A stretch of DNA of 64,000 nucleotides from Desulfobacterales bacterium (GCA_963674755.2 CAXXVS010000003.1:2688001-2752000); one strand, 5' to 3'; positions 39,447 to 50,699 are shown, counted from the stretch's first letter. Numbers and translations: made by a program. Notes: generated by a model not told the origin, from the letters alone.

Positions 39447-40496
39447 ATGACCGTCCAACCGAGCACTTCTTATATCGAACGTATCGATGCCCTGGCCCCG
39501 CCGCGCTTGGCGCTGGCCCATCTGCCCACCCCGCTGCAGCCCCTGGAGCGGCTCGGGCGGGAGCTGGGCGTGGATCTATGGGTCAAGCGTGACGACTACA
39601 CCGGCGCCGAACTCAGCGGCAACAAGATCCGCAAGCTGGAATACGTCCTGGCCGAGGCCCGCGCCCGGGGCGCCGACACGGTGCTGACCTGCGGCGGGGT
39701 CCAGTCCAACCACTGTCGGGCCACGGCCCTGGCGGCCGCCCGTATGGGGCTAAACTGCACCCTGTTGCTGCGCATTGCCGATCCTGCGTCGCCGCCGCCC
39801 CTGACGGCCAACAGCCTGCTCGACCGGCTGGCCGGGGCCCGCATCGTCTGGGTGTCGCCGGAGGAATACCGCCACCGGGAAGATGTCTTTGAGCAGGAGG
39901 CCGAGGCCCTGCGGAGGGCCGGCCGCCACCCTTACATCATTCCCGAGGGGGCTTCGGACGCCTTAGGTGCCTGGGGCTACATGCGCGCCATGGCCGAGCT
40001 GGCCACCGACATTGCCCGTCTGGACGACGCCGGTCCGAAGCCCACCACGGTGGTCCACGCCACCGGTTCGGGGGGCACCGGCGCCGGTCTCGTGCTTGGG
40101 AAATTGGTTCTCGGCCTGGACCTGCGGGTAGTGAGCGTCAATGTGTGCGACGACCGGGACTATTTTATCCGGGTGTCGGGCGCGATTTGCCGGGAGGCCA
40201 TTGACCGCTACGGCCTTGACGTGGCGTTCGATGCCGAGCGCGATCTGGAGATTGTGGACGGTTATGTGGGCGTCGGCTACGCCCTGTCGCGTCCCGAAGA
40301 GCTGGAGCTGATCACCCATGTGTGCCGCCGGGAAGGCCTTGTGCTGGATCCGGTATACACCGGCAAGGCCTTCTTCGGCCTGGTGGATCAGCTCCGGAAG
40401 AATCCGCGAATTTTCGGGGAGCGCATCATCTTCCTGCACACCGGCGGTCTCTTCGGCCTTTTCCCCAAGGCGGAAGAACTGGCGTCCCTGCTTTGA
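39447..40496 (+). CDS. D-cysteine desulfhydrase / ACC deaminase family PLP enzyme
   Basis: KRDD.TG..LSGNKIRKLEY, GGVQSNH.RATA, GSGGT.AGL, LDPVYTGK, FLHTGG. Confidence 0.9.
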   Translation: MTVQPSTSYIERIDALAPPRLALAHLPTPLQPLERLGRELGVDLWVKRDDYTGAELSGNKIRKLEYVLAEARARGADTVLTCGGVQSNHCRATALAAARMGLNCTLLLRIADPASPPPLTANSLLDRLAGARIVWVSPEEYRHREDVFEQEAEALRRAGRHPYIIPEGASDALGAWGYMRAMAELATDIARLDDAGPKPTTVVHATGSGGTGAGLVLGKLVLGLDLRVVSVNVCDDRDYFIRVSGAICREAIDRYGLDVAFDAERDLEIVDGYVGVGYALSRPEELELITHVCRREGLVLDPVYTGKAFFGLVDQLRKNPRIFGERIIFLHTGGLFGLFPKAEELASLL

Positions 40497-40628
40497 GCGG
40501 ACGGATTGATAGAGATCAACGTCGGGAATGGGTTTTCTGATTTGCTAAATCCCTAAAAAGAACCCTCTGAGATCTCCGGCTCTGCGGGAGGAGATTTGCT
40601 CAACCGAAATAAAGGGAGACATTTTTGC

Positions 40629-41111
40629 ATGGGACGGCGCATGATCGCATTGGCGGCGATGCTGGTGCTGGCCGCCTGTATGGCGGGCGGCCCCGGGGTT
40701 TCCCACGAGATCACCTATACGGCCAAGGGGACCCGCTCCGAGGCCCGGCACGGGCACCTGTTCGTGGACGGGCGCGAAGTGCCCTGGGTTTTTTCGCGGG
40801 TGGCCTGCGGAGAGAGCTCCTACCGTCTGCGGTTTCGCAGCAACCTTTGGGGCGATGACGGTTACTGGCCCGAGGTGCCGGCATATGCACCGCCGGAGGA
40901 GGGGACGTTCCTGCCGGCGGCAAGTCTAAAAGAGGGTTATTTCCGATCTCTCGGACGTCCGGCAGGCACCCCCGCCGACTGGATCTGGGTGCAGTGGGGG
41001 AAGGGGCAGGCCGCCGTTGTGGCTCCGGACCGGATTGAACAGCTGATCGAAGCCGAGAAGATCCCCGGGCCGACGACCGGCTTCCCCGAGTTTCACCGCC
41101 GACCGGAGTAG
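40629..41111 (+). CDS. Hypothetical lipoprotein
   Basis: Basic N-terminus, hydrophobic core, lipobox LAAC. Confidence 0.65.
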   Translation: MGRRMIALAAMLVLAACMAGGPGVSHEITYTAKGTRSEARHGHLFVDGREVPWVFSRVACGESSYRLRFRSNLWGDDGYWPEVPAYAPPEEGTFLPAASLKEGYFRSLGRPAGTPADWIWVQWGKGQAAVVAPDRIEQLIEAEKIPGPTTGFPEFHRRPE

Positions 41112-41132
41112 TTCATGGCTGCCGGCGGGCGG

Positions 41133-42497
41133 TCATCCGTCGGGTGTGCCCTGCGCCAGCGCTACTGCTTCGGCCCGCCGGGGATCGGCCTGCCAGGGCG
41201 CCCAGCTCAACCCTCCGAAATACGATCGCAGGGAACGGTCCAGGCCGGTCAGGGGGCTGCGGTCGATTTTCTTCAACAGGTCGGCCACTTTCCGCCGCTC
41301 CGTGATGATGGCTTCCCGTTTGGCCTCGCAATGGCCTGCGAGCTCTTCGAGGGCGCGTTTCTTGCGGAACTGGTCGTTCAGGATGCCGGCATCTTTACTG
41401 CCTTCCTCGACCCACCCCGTAAAGCCGCGCGGCAGGTCGGCCAGGCCGGTGAGGGTGGAATAGCCGGAAAGGCCCGAAACCACGTCCGTGGGAATGGAAT
41501 TGGACCAGCTGATGTAGTTCTTGAGGATGGACTTGAACACGTTGGCCGAGAGCACATTGCTCAGATCCGCCAGTTCGCCCTGGGCTTTGGCCAGGGCATC
41601 GTTGGTGATGACATATTCTTCCTTCCACTTGCCCATCATGAACTGCAGCCACAGGCGGCGCAGCATGGCATCGTCCGAAGGCAGCCCCCGGAAGGTGATT
41701 TGGGTGGCGCCCTGGCCCTCGTCTACGGTCCGGTGAAGATCTTCGATCTCGGCACGCACCGTGGCGATCTGCCGCCGGGCCAGATCGTATTTCCCGTTTA
41801 GAAGATTGTCGCCGACCTCCACCATATAACGGTCCAGACGTTCGAGGGCGTTGCGCAGGCGGAAGGTTTCGACGCCCGAAGCCAGGATGTAGCGGGAGTC
41901 GAACCAACCCTCGGCGGGCAGGGGGATCCAGTAGTCCAGGACCGCCGGGGCCTCCTTGGGCGGCGGCCGATCGATCCAACGGCATACGGCCGGCTCACCT
42001 TCAAATCCTGGCTGGCAGGTCAGCACCTTCTGCCCGGTGGGGGTGGTCGTCACCCGGGCCTTGATCCGGCCGTCGGGCTGCAGCCGCCCCTCGATCACGC
42101 CTTTGTAAAAGATCCGGACTACCGGTCCTCCGGGAAAATCCTCGCCATAGCCTCCCGGTGGTTCGATGTGGGCCATTTCCGAGATCTGTTCGCCTTTGAA
42201 GATGCCGTTGCGGAAGGTGCCTGTCATTTCGGTGGTCATGACCTGCTGGAGGTTGCCGGCGCCTGAAACGGAAGGCACAACGACCGTCCGTTTCCAGCGG
42301 GCACGGACCTGTCCGCCGTCGAAGCGGTAGATGATCGGCTCCTGTTCCACCTGGGCTGTGTGGACGGCTGGGAAGAGCTCCACGTCAAACTGCTGCGGCA
42401 GCCCGTTTCCGGACGCGGCGGGAATCCAACTTCCCGCAACGCTCCACACCAGAAGCAGGCCGACGATGGCGGGGGTCGGGCTGTGGCGCCATGCCAT
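41133..42497 (-). CDS. Hypothetical secreted protein
   Basis: 454-aa ORF with AGGAG RBS and signal-like N-terminus; beta-rich N half, helical C half. Confidence 0.7.
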   Translation of the reverse strand: MAWRHSPTPAIVGLLLVWSVAGSWIPAASGNGLPQQFDVELFPAVHTAQVEQEPIIYRFDGGQVRARWKRTVVVPSVSGAGNLQQVMTTEMTGTFRNGIFKGEQISEMAHIEPPGGYGEDFPGGPVVRIFYKGVIEGRLQPDGRIKARVTTTPTGQKVLTCQPGFEGEPAVCRWIDRPPPKEAPAVLDYWIPLPAEGWFDSRYILASGVETFRLRNALERLDRYMVEVGDNLLNGKYDLARRQIATVRAEIEDLHRTVDEGQGATQITFRGLPSDDAMLRRLWLQFMMGKWKEEYVITNDALAKAQGELADLSNVLSANVFKSILKNYISWSNSIPTDVVSGLSGYSTLTGLADLPRGFTGWVEEGSKDAGILNDQFRKKRALEELAGHCEAKREAIITERRKVADLLKKIDRSPLTGLDRSLRSYFGGLSWAPWQADPRRAEAVALAQGTPDG

Positions 42498-42761
42498 GGG
42501 CGACTCCTTTCAAAGGGTTATCGTCTATCAGGGCGAAGCTCTTTTTAGTCAAAGAACCCGGGGGCGTCAAGGCAGCGCGTGTTGCTCTCGTCCCAAGCCC
42601 ATTCTGACAATAGGCGTCGGCGGCTGTCGGTGGCCAATCCAATATACACGGTTCATTGGGGTAAAAGTAATGCAAGACCCCATTACAATTATTCCCCTCT
42701 ATTTTAGATCTACTCCGTATCCGCCAGGCGGGGATTTGACCACTGCGGCCTGCCCTGGTGC

Positions 42762-42837
42762 GCGTTTGATGCCGGCCCGTCCATAGCCGGCGGTGTGCCT
42801 CGCACGCCGGACGGGCCGGCATCAAACGCACTTTTTC
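42762..42837 (+). promoter_or_regulatory. Long hairpin with T tract in the cyoA leader
   Basis: 21-bp perfect IR GCGTTTGATGCCGGCCCGTCC / GGACGGGCCGGCATCAAACGC followed by ACTTTTTC. Confidence 0.55.
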
Positions 42838-42904
42838 AGCTTTGGACCGGTCCGCGCAGGGCGGAGCGGTTATGATCAACGGCCATTTCCAACGGAGACA
42901 TCAG

Positions 42905-43867
42905 GTGAAGAACACGTTGCAGCGCATCCGGAACGGACTCGGGGGGCTTGGGGCGGCCGTTTTTATGACCGGCTGCCGCCAAATGCCCCTGCTCGATCCG
43001 AAAGGCCCCATCGGCGAAGCGCAGCGCCATCTCATCATCACAACCTTCGCGCTCATGCTGATCGTGGTCGTGCCCGTTTTCGTCCTGGTATTTTGGTTCA
43101 CACGGAAATACCGGGCCTCCAACAGCAAGGCCACCTACGCGCCGCAATGGGCGTATTCCGCCCCAATCGATAGCGTGATCTGGCTGGTGCCCGTGGTCAT
43201 CGTGATCGCCCTCTCCTATTTCACGTGGACCGGCACCTTTCGGCTGGACCCTTACAAGCCGATCGCGGCGGCGCACGAGCCGCTTCCCATCGAGGTGGTA
43301 TCCCTGGACTGGAAGTGGCTCTTTATCTATCCCGAACAGAATATCGCCGTCGTCAACCAGCTCGTTTTCCCGGCCAACGTGCCGCTGCGGTTCAAGCTTA
43401 CCTCGGACTCGGTGATGACGTCCTTTTTCATCCCCCGGCTGGGCAGCCAGATGTACGCCATGGCGGGGATGCAGACCCAGCTGAATCTCATGGCCGACGA
43501 ACCGGGGGTCTATACCGGGCATAACCAGGAATTCAGCGGCCGCGGTTATGCGGACATGCATTTCAAGGCCATCGCCGCCACACCCGGGGAATTCCAGGCC
43601 TGGCTGGCGAAGGTCCGGCAGTCGTCCGACGTTCTGGATACGGCGCGTTTCGCCCAACTGCGAAAACCCACCACCGCCAACCCGGTCGCCTTTTTCTCCT
43701 CGGTCGAGCCGGCATTGTTCCAACGGATTGTGAGGACCTACAGGGGATGGATGGGACCGATGACCGCCCCGGACCGGCCGGGCACCATGGGCCACGATTC
43801 CGGCCCGATGCCCCCCCAGGCGGCCGATGCCGATCACCCGTCACCTGCGAAGCGGAAGGAAGGCTGA
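42905..43867 (+). CDS. cyoA: Cytochrome bo3 quinol oxidase subunit II
   Basis: Lipobox [38 protein letters not shown]; no CuA ligands; GTG start inferred from RBS. Confidence 0.93.
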   Translation: MKNTLQRIRNGLGGLGAAVFMTGCRQMPLLDPKGPIGEAQRHLIITTFALMLIVVVPVFVLVFWFTRKYRASNSKATYAPQWAYSAPIDSVIWLVPVVIVIALSYFTWTGTFRLDPYKPIAAAHEPLPIEVVSLDWKWLFIYPEQNIAVVNQLVFPANVPLRFKLTSDSVMTSFFIPRLGSQMYAMAGMQTQLNLMADEPGVYTGHNQEFSGRGYADMHFKAIAATPGEFQAWLAKVRQSSDVLDTARFAQLRKPTTANPVAFFSSVEPALFQRIVRTYRGWMGPMTAPDRPGTMGHDSGPMPPQAADADHPSPAKRKEG

Positions 43868-43868
43868 G

Positions 43869-45875
43869 ATGTTCGGAAAGTTGACCCTTGCGGCAATCCC
43901 CTATGACCAGCCCATCGTAATGGGTGCGGTGGGCGGCGCCCTGCTGTTGGCCCTGATCATTCTGGGCCTGATTACCTACTACCGGCAATGGCCCTATCTC
44001 TGGCGCGAGTGGCTGACCAGCCTCGACCACAAGAAGATCGGAATCATGTACATCATCCTGGCGCTGATCATGCTCCTCAGGGGGTTTTCCGATGCCATCC
44101 TGATGCGCTCCCAGCAGGCCCTGGCGGTCGGCGCGTCCCAGGGGTACCTGCCGCCCCAGCATTTTGATCAGATCTTCGGGGCCCACGGTACGATCATGAT
44201 CGTGTTCATGGCCATGCCTTTTTTGACCGGCCTGATGAATATCATCGTGCCCCAGCAGATCGGGGCTCGCGACGTGGCCTTTCCGTTCCTGAACGCCGTC
44301 AGCCTCTGGCTCAGCGTGGCCGGCGCGCTGCTGGTGATGGTGTCCCTGGGGGTGGGTGAATTTTCAAGGACCGGCTGGTCCGGCATCGCCCCGCTTTTCG
44401 AAACCCAATACAATCCGGGTACCGGGGTCGACTACTGGATGTGGGCCTTCCAGGTGGCCGGCATCGGTTCCACCCTGACCGGCATCAATTTCCTCGTCAC
44501 CATTCTGAAGCTGCGTGCGCCGGGCATGACCCTGATGCGCATGCCGCTGTTCGTCTGGACCGCCCTGACCACCAATGTCCTCATGATCCTGGCCTTCCCC
44601 CCCCTGACCGTGGCCTTTGCCCTGCTGGCGCTGGATCGCTACCTGGGCATGCATTTCTTCACCAACGCCCTGGGGGGCAACATGATGATGTGGAACAATC
44701 TCTTCTGGATCTGGGGCCACCCCGAGGTCTACATCGTGATCCTGCCCGCCTTCGGGATTTTCTCGGAGGTGGTGGCCACTTTCTCGGGCAAGCGGCTTTT
44801 CGGTTACGAGTCCCTGGTCTATGCCACGGCGGCGATCATGATTCTGTCCTTTACCGTCTGGCTGCATCATTTTTTCACCATGGGCAACTCGCCCGGCGTG
44901 AATACTTTTTTCGGCATCACCACCATGATGATCGCCATCCCCACCGGGGTGAAGGTCTACGACTGGCTCTTTACCATGTACCGCGGCCGCATCCGCTTCA
45001 CCACCCCCATGTACTGGACCCTGGGGTTTCTCACGACCTTTGTCATCGGCGGCATGACCGGTGTGCTGATGGCGCTGCCCCCGGCCGACTATGTGGTCCA
45101 CAACAGCCTTTTTCTCATCGCCCATTTCCACAACATGCTGATTCCGGGGGCCGTGTTCGGCTATTTCGCGGGCTATGCCTACTGGTTTCCCAAGGCGGTC
45201 GGATTCCGCCTGGACGAAACCTGGGGCAAGCGCGCCTTCTGGTGCTGGTTCATCGGCTTCTACCTGGCCTTTGCGCCCCTTTACATCCTAGGGTTCATGG
45301 GCATGCCGCGACGCATGGAACACTATTGGAATCCGGCCTGGCAACCGTATCTGATCATCGCGGCGGCCGGCACCGCCCTGATCCTGGCGGGCATCGTCAT
45401 GCAGGGCATTCAGTTGGTGGTGAGCATCCGCCACCGGCACGCCAACCGGGACCTGACCGGCGACCCCTGGGACGGGCGCACTCTGGAGTGGACCACGGCC
45501 TCGCCCCCGGCGGTCTACAATTTCGCCGTGCTGCCCCGGGTGGAAGACATCGATGCCTTGACGCACATGAAAGCTACCGGCCGGGCCAACACGCTGCCCG
45601 AGCGGTTCGAAGACATTCCGATACCGAACAACAGCGCCGTCGGCTTTTTCATCGGCATCCTGGCCTTTTTGTTCGGATTCGCGATGGTCTGGTATATCTG
45701 GTGGCTGACCATGGCCAGTGCCCTGGGCATCCTATTGTTGATCATCATCCGCTCGGTGGACGACGATACCGAAACCGTCATCCCCGCCAGCGAGGTGCAA
45801 CGCATGGAAGCCGTGCGCCATCGGCAGGCGAGGCCGGCGCTGCGGCCGTTGCCGGCTGGCGGAACGATGTCCTAA
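43869..45875 (+). CDS. cyoB: Cytochrome bo3 quinol oxidase subunit I
   Basis: [37 protein letters not shown]. Confidence 0.95.
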   Translation: MFGKLTLAAIPYDQPIVMGAVGGALLLALIILGLITYYRQWPYLWREWLTSLDHKKIGIMYIILALIMLLRGFSDAILMRSQQALAVGASQGYLPPQHFDQIFGAHGTIMIVFMAMPFLTGLMNIIVPQQIGARDVAFPFLNAVSLWLSVAGALLVMVSLGVGEFSRTGWSGIAPLFETQYNPGTGVDYWMWAFQVAGIGSTLTGINFLVTILKLRAPGMTLMRMPLFVWTALTTNVLMILAFPPLTVAFALLALDRYLGMHFFTNALGGNMMMWNNLFWIWGHPEVYIVILPAFGIFSEVVATFSGKRLFGYESLVYATAAIMILSFTVWLHHFFTMGNSPGVNTFFGITTMMIAIPTGVKVYDWLFTMYRGRIRFTTPMYWTLGFLTTFVIGGMTGVLMALPPADYVVHNSLFLIAHFHNMLIPGAVFGYFAGYAYWFPKAVGFRLDETWGKRAFWCWFIGFYLAFAPLYILGFMGMPRRMEHYWNPAWQPYLIIAAAGTALILAGIVMQGIQLVVSIRHRHANRDLTGDPWDGRTLEWTTASPPAVYNFAVLPRVEDIDALTHMKATGRANTLPERFEDIPIPNNSAVGFFIGILAFLFGFAMVWYIWWLTMASALGILLLIIIRSVDDDTETVIPASEVQRMEAVRHRQARPALRPLPAGGTMS

Positions 45876-45896
45876 TCAATACCGGAGACGACTATC

Positions 45897-46508
45897 ATGA
45901 CCGCCCAGGCCCTCCGCCACGCTGTTCCGCTCGAAGTCGCGGAAAACCACCATGCCGTAGAACTCCAGACCTTCGGTTTCTGGATCTACCTCATGAGCGA
46001 CCTGGTTCTTTTTGCGACCCTCTTCGCGACCTTCGGCGTCATCGGACCGAACACCGCCGGCGGCCCTACGGGAAAAGAGCTGTTCGATCTGCCTTATCTG
46101 TTCGGCGAAACCCTATTTCTGCTGTTCAGCAGCGGCACCTATGGCATGGCGGTCCTGGCCCTGCACGATGATAAGCGGGGTCAGGTGCTCCTGTGGCTGG
46201 GCATCACCTTTTTGCTGGGTCTGGGATTCGTGTCCATGGAGATCAATGAATTCCACGGCCTGATCGCGGCGGGCCACGGACCCCAGCGCAGCGGCTTTCT
46301 GTCGGCCTTTTTTACCCTGGTGGGAACCCACGGCGCCCATGTGACCAGCGGTCTGATCTGGATGGCGGTCATGATCGGCCAGGTCCTCACCAAAGGCCTG
46401 ACGACACCGGTCCGTTCGCGGCTGATGCGTCTGAGCATGTTCTGGCACTTTTTGGATATCGTCTGGATCGGGGTCTTCTCCTTGGTCTATCTGATGGGAG
46501 TCGTGTAA
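45897..46508 (+). CDS. cyoC: Cytochrome bo3 quinol oxidase subunit III
   Basis: [35 protein letters not shown]. Confidence 0.95.
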   Translation: MTAQALRHAVPLEVAENHHAVELQTFGFWIYLMSDLVLFATLFATFGVIGPNTAGGPTGKELFDLPYLFGETLFLLFSSGTYGMAVLALHDDKRGQVLLWLGITFLLGLGFVSMEINEFHGLIAAGHGPQRSGFLSAFFTLVGTHGAHVTSGLIWMAVMIGQVLTKGLTTPVRSRLMRLSMFWHFLDIVWIGVFSLVYLMGVV

Positions 46509-46838
46509 ATGAAGCAGGCACATACCGACAGCACCACCGGCGCCGACCAGGGCAGCCTCAAAAGTTACGGCACCGGATTCATTCTGGCCATCGTATTGAC
46601 GGTGATCCCCTTTGCGCTGGTCATGAGCGGCGTCGTGTCCCGCAGCGTCGCCATTGGGGGGATCTGCGCCGCGGGCGTCGTACAGATTGTGGTTCACCTG
46701 CACTACTTCCTGCATCTGGACACCTCTTCGGAAGAGCGCTGGAACGTAATGGCGCTGCTGTTCACCCTGTTGATCATGGCCATTTTTGTCGTCGGCACCC
46801 TTTGGGTCATGGTTACCTTGAACAGCCGCATGATGTGA
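46509..46838 (+). CDS. cyoD: Cytochrome bo3 quinol oxidase subunit IV
   Basis: SY..GF.L..VLT.IPF, QI.VHL.YFLH, WN. Confidence 0.93.
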   Translation: MKQAHTDSTTGADQGSLKSYGTGFILAIVLTVIPFALVMSGVVSRSVAIGGICAAGVVQIVVHLHYFLHLDTSSEERWNVMALLFTLLIMAIFVVGTLWVMVTLNSRMM

Positions 46839-46840
46839 CC

Positions 46841-47710
46841 ATGAACGAGACGCTGGGAAATTTCTGGCGCGTTGCCAAACCGGGAATCGTTTTGGGAAAT
46901 CTGGTTTCCGCTGCGGGCGGTTTCTGCCTGGCATCCCGGGGACGTATCGACGCTGCGCTTTTACTGGCCACCCTGACCGGCATCGCCCTTACGGTGGCGG
47001 CCGGTTGCGTCCTGAACAATTGCATCGATCGCAACCTGGACCGGAAGATGTCCCGCACCTGCGGCCGTGCTCTCGCCCGGGGGACGCTATCCCTGCCAAG
47101 CGCCGTCGGCTACGCCCTGCTGCTGGCCGTCGCCGGGATCGCCCTGCTGGGGGCCGTCACGAACCCGTTATGCAGCGGCCTGGTGCTGGCCGGGTTGACG
47201 ATCTATGTGGGCGTGTACAGTCTTTACCTGAAACGGCGTTCCCTCTACGCCGCCTTGATCGGCAGTCTGGCCGGGGCGGCGCCTCCGCTGGCCGGCTATT
47301 GCGCCATCACCAACCGGTTCGATCCGGGCGCCGGGATCCTGCTGCTGATGTTTGTGTTGTGGCAAATGCCCCATTGTTACGCCTTGGCGATTTTTCGCCT
47401 GGAGGATTACGCCGCCGCCGGAATCCCGGTGGCGCCGGTGCGGTTGGGGGTTCCGGCCACCAAACGGCATATTGTCGGTTATATCGCCGCCTTTGTGGTG
47501 GCCACATGGCTGCTGACCTTCGGCGGCTACACCGGTTACGGCTATCTGGGGGTCGCCGTGGTTTTGGGCGCCGGCTGGCTGAGCCTGGCCTGGTGGGGTT
47601 TCAAGGCGGCCGACGACGGCCGCTGGGCCAGGCGCTTGTTTGTCTTCTCATTTGTCTGCATCGCAGCCCTGAGCGTCATGATGGCGATCGATCCGGCCAT
47701 GCCCGTTTAG
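46841..47710 (+). CDS. cyoE: Protoheme IX farnesyltransferase (heme o synthase)
   Basis: KPGI..GN, NN.IDR..D.KM.RT, YSLYLKR, GS..GA.PP..GY, WQMPH. Confidence 0.93.
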   Translation: MNETLGNFWRVAKPGIVLGNLVSAAGGFCLASRGRIDAALLLATLTGIALTVAAGCVLNNCIDRNLDRKMSRTCGRALARGTLSLPSAVGYALLLAVAGIALLGAVTNPLCSGLVLAGLTIYVGVYSLYLKRRSLYAALIGSLAGAAPPLAGYCAITNRFDPGAGILLLMFVLWQMPHCYALAIFRLEDYAAAGIPVAPVRLGVPATKRHIVGYIAAFVVATWLLTFGGYTGYGYLGVAVVLGAGWLSLAWWGFKAADDGRWARRLFVFSFVCIAALSVMMAIDPAMPV

Positions 47711-47887
47711 GATCGGATCAGATGGGGCGGATGGAGCGGGATGCCGGCACATGACGATCGGACCATCGCGGATGAAACGGTGATGAAACGGAAATGCCTT
47801 AGGACCGGCTTCATCATGCGGTCACGCCGACCCACAGGCGGTGCTACGAATGGCGAATGAATCTTCGGAATACGCGATAAAAGGAGA

Positions 47888-50422
47888 ATGACAATGGCGA
47901 TGTCTCAAACGGTCGATTCGCCATCCGGCGCGGACGCACCGGATTGGGCCAGCGTCAGCCTGGAGGAGGCCCTGACCAAGCTGGATAGCGCGATGGAGGG
48001 GCTCGACCCGGCGGAAGCCCGCCGGCGCTTGCAGCAGCATGGCCCCAATGCCCTGGCGGAAAAGAAAGTAAACCCCCTCGGACAGTTTTTCTCCTACTTC
48101 TGGGGGCCGATTCCGTGGATGATCGAGATCGCCGCCATCCTCTCGGCTCTGGTTAAGCACTGGCCCGATCTGGTGATCATCCTTCTGCTGCTGCTGTTCA
48201 ATGCGGCGGTGGGCTTCTGGCAGGAACACCAGGCGGCCAACGCGGTGGAGGCCCTGAAGAAGCAGCTTGCCCTGAAAGCCCGGGTCCGGCGCGGGGGACA
48301 ATGGGATGAAGCCGAGGCCGTCGATCTGGTCCCGGGGGATATCATCCGTCTGCGCCTGGGAGACATCATCCCGGCCGACGTCAAGCTGGCCGAAGGCGAG
48401 TATCTGAGCGTGGACCAGTCGGCCCTGACCGGCGAGTCCCTGCCGGTCAACAAGAAGACCGGCGATGTGGCCTATTCCGGTTCGGTGGCCAAGCAGGGCG
48501 AGATGGTCGCCCTGGTCACGGCCACCGGGGCCGAGACCTTTTTCGGCAAGACCGCCGAGCTGGTCTCGGAAGCCCAATCCGTATCGCATTTCCAGAAAGC
48601 GGTGCTGCACATCGGCGACTACCTGATCTATCTGAGCCTGGGGCTGGCCGCGATCCTGCTCCTGGTACAGCTTTTCCGGGGGCTGCCGATCCTCACCCTG
48701 GTCCAGTTCACCCTGATCCTGGTGGTGGCCGCCATTCCGGTGGCCATGCCGGCGGTGCTCTCCGTGACCATGGCGATCGGCGCCCGGGCCCTGGCCCGGA
48801 GGAAGGCCATCGTGACCCGTCTGGAGTCCATCGAAGAGATGGCCGGCATGGACATTTTGTGCTCGGACAAGACCGGCACCCTGACCCAGAACAAATTGCG
48901 GCTGGGTGAGGCGGTGCTCTTCAGCGCCCCGGACGCCCAGGCGGTCATTCGGGCCGCCGCCCTGGCTTCCAAGGCCGAGGACCGGGATGCCATCGACCTG
49001 GCGGTGCTGGGCGGGCTGCCGGGCCAACAGGACCTGGCCGATTTCCGCCAGGAGAAGTTTATCCCCTTCGATCCCATCGGCAAACGCACCGAAGCATGGA
49101 TCGCCGATGGCCAGGGTCGCACCTTCCGGGTGACCAAAGGCGCTCCCCAGGTGGTGATGGGAATGAGCGGCCTTACGCCCGAAGACCAGGCACGGGCCGA
49201 AACAGCGGTCAACGACCTGGCGGCCAAAGGCTACCGAACCCTGGGGGTGGCCCGCTCCGAGGACGGCGACACCTGGCAGTTCCTGGGGATTCTGCCGCTC
49301 TTCGATCCCCCCCGGGAAGATTCGGCCGAGACCATCAAACAGGCCGGCGCGCATGGCGTGCGCGTCAAAATGGTCACCGGCGACAACACGGCCATCGCCG
49401 CGGAGATTGCCGGCCAGCTCGGCCTGGGCAAGCATATCCAGCCGGCCGAGGCGTTTTTCGGGGACCAGGCCGGTCCGCAGCCCGCCTTGGCCCAGACCAT
49501 GGCCATCGAGGCGGCGGACGGCTTCGCCCAGGTCTTCCCGGAACACAAGTATAAGATTGTCAAAGCCCTGCAGTCCGAGGGCCACATCGTCGGTATGACC
49601 GGCGACGGGGTCAACGACGCCCCGGCCCTCAAACAGGCCGATACCGGCATCGCGGTCAGCGGGGCCACGGACGCCGCCCGGGCCGCCGCGGACCTCGTTC
49701 TCACCGAGCCCGGTCTGTCGGTCATCGTGCGGGCCGTGGAAGAGGCGCGCAAGATCTTCGAGCGGATGAACAGCTACGCCATCTATCGCATCACCGAAAC
49801 CATCCGCATCATGTTCTTCGTGGTGCTGGCGATGATCGTGTTCGATTTCTACCCCATCACCGCCATCATGATTATCTTGCTGGCCTTCTTCAACGATGTC
49901 CCGATCATGGCCATCGCCTACGACAACACCTGGCTGGACCCCGAACCGGTGCGCTGGGATATGCACCGCGTCTTCACCGTCTCCACCGTGCTGGGCCTGA
50001 TCGGGGTCTTCGAGACCTTCGGCCTTTTGCTGATCGCCCGGATGTGGCTCAAACTGGACGACAGCCAGATTCAGACCTTTATCTTCCTCAAACTAGCGGT
50101 CGCCGGCCACCTGACCCTGTTTGTCGCCCGCACCCGGCGGTCCTTCCTGACCCGTCCCTTTCCGGCCGGGGTGTTGTTGTGGTCTGCGATTATCACCAAG
50201 CTGCTGGCCACCCTGCTGGTCGCCTACGGACTGGGGCTGGTAGCGCCCATTTCCTGGGCCAACATCGGGTTGATCTGGGGCTACTGCCTGGTCTGGGTCT
50301 TCATCGAGGACTGGGCCAAACTGAACGTTTATTGCCACCTGAACTTGAGCCATCCGCGGCATCAGTCATTCTTGCAGCGCGTCAAGACGACCGTGATGCC
50401 CCGCGGATGCGGTCGCGGATAG
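47888..50422 (+). CDS. Plasma-membrane-type proton-efflux P-type ATPase (P3A)
   Basis: FWGPIPWMIE, TGES, AIPVAMPAVLSVTMA, CSDKTGT, KGAP, DPPR, GDGVNDAP, TM6 ND..IMAIAYD. Confidence 0.92.
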   Translation: MTMAMSQTVDSPSGADAPDWASVSLEEALTKLDSAMEGLDPAEARRRLQQHGPNALAEKKVNPLGQFFSYFWGPIPWMIEIAAILSALVKHWPDLVIILLLLLFNAAVGFWQEHQAANAVEALKKQLALKARVRRGGQWDEAEAVDLVPGDIIRLRLGDIIPADVKLAEGEYLSVDQSALTGESLPVNKKTGDVAYSGSVAKQGEMVALVTATGAETFFGKTAELVSEAQSVSHFQKAVLHIGDYLIYLSLGLAAILLLVQLFRGLPILTLVQFTLILVVAAIPVAMPAVLSVTMAIGARALARRKAIVTRLESIEEMAGMDILCSDKTGTLTQNKLRLGEAVLFSAPDAQAVIRAAALASKAEDRDAIDLAVLGGLPGQQDLADFRQEKFIPFDPIGKRTEAWIADGQGRTFRVTKGAPQVVMGMSGLTPEDQARAETAVNDLAAKGYRTLGVARSEDGDTWQFLGILPLFDPPREDSAETIKQAGAHGVRVKMVTGDNTAIAAEIAGQLGLGKHIQPAEAFFGDQAGPQPALAQTMAIEAADGFAQVFPEHKYKIVKALQSEGHIVGMTGDGVNDAPALKQADTGIAVSGATDAARAAADLVLTEPGLSVIVRAVEEARKIFERMNSYAIYRITETIRIMFFVVLAMIVFDFYPITAIMIILLAFFNDVPIMAIAYDNTWLDPEPVRWDMHRVFTVSTVLGLIGVFETFGLLLIARMWLKLDDSQIQTFIFLKLAVAGHLTLFVARTRRSFLTRPFPAGVLLWSAIITKLLATLLVAYGLGLVAPISWANIGLIWGYCLVWVFIEDWAKLNVYCHLNLSHPRHQSFLQRVKTTVMPRGCGRG

Positions 50423-50458
50423 GGGCCGGTACGCCCTATCGGCCGGGAAAGGAAGGTC

Positions 50459-50647
50459 GTGATGGTATCGAATTGCGAACAACGGCTGCGGGGTCGAAAA
50501 CCCGGGGCTGTGTTGGGCCTGATCATCGTGGCCGGTTTTCTCTTTCTTCTCTTGGCGAATTGCGCCACCTGGCGGGAACACGAGACGCTTCAGACGGAAC
50601 GCCTACTGTCCGCGGCGGGCTTCCAGCCGCGGTTGGCCGAATGTTGA
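50459..50647 (+). pseudogene. Probable truncated lipoprotein remnant
   Basis: Signal-like stretch ending LANC, then only about 28 residues (TERLLSAAGF..) before the stop. Confidence 0.35.
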
Positions 50648-50699
50648 GGGGCCAATAAGGCTGTAAAAGCGTCCTGCTGTATCGAAAGGAATTACCGAA

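Noticed and set aside
42766..42825. FNR site (TTGAT ... ATCAA) upstream of cyoA
   Set aside because: The half-sites are about 50 nt apart as arms of a hairpin, not separated by 4 nt
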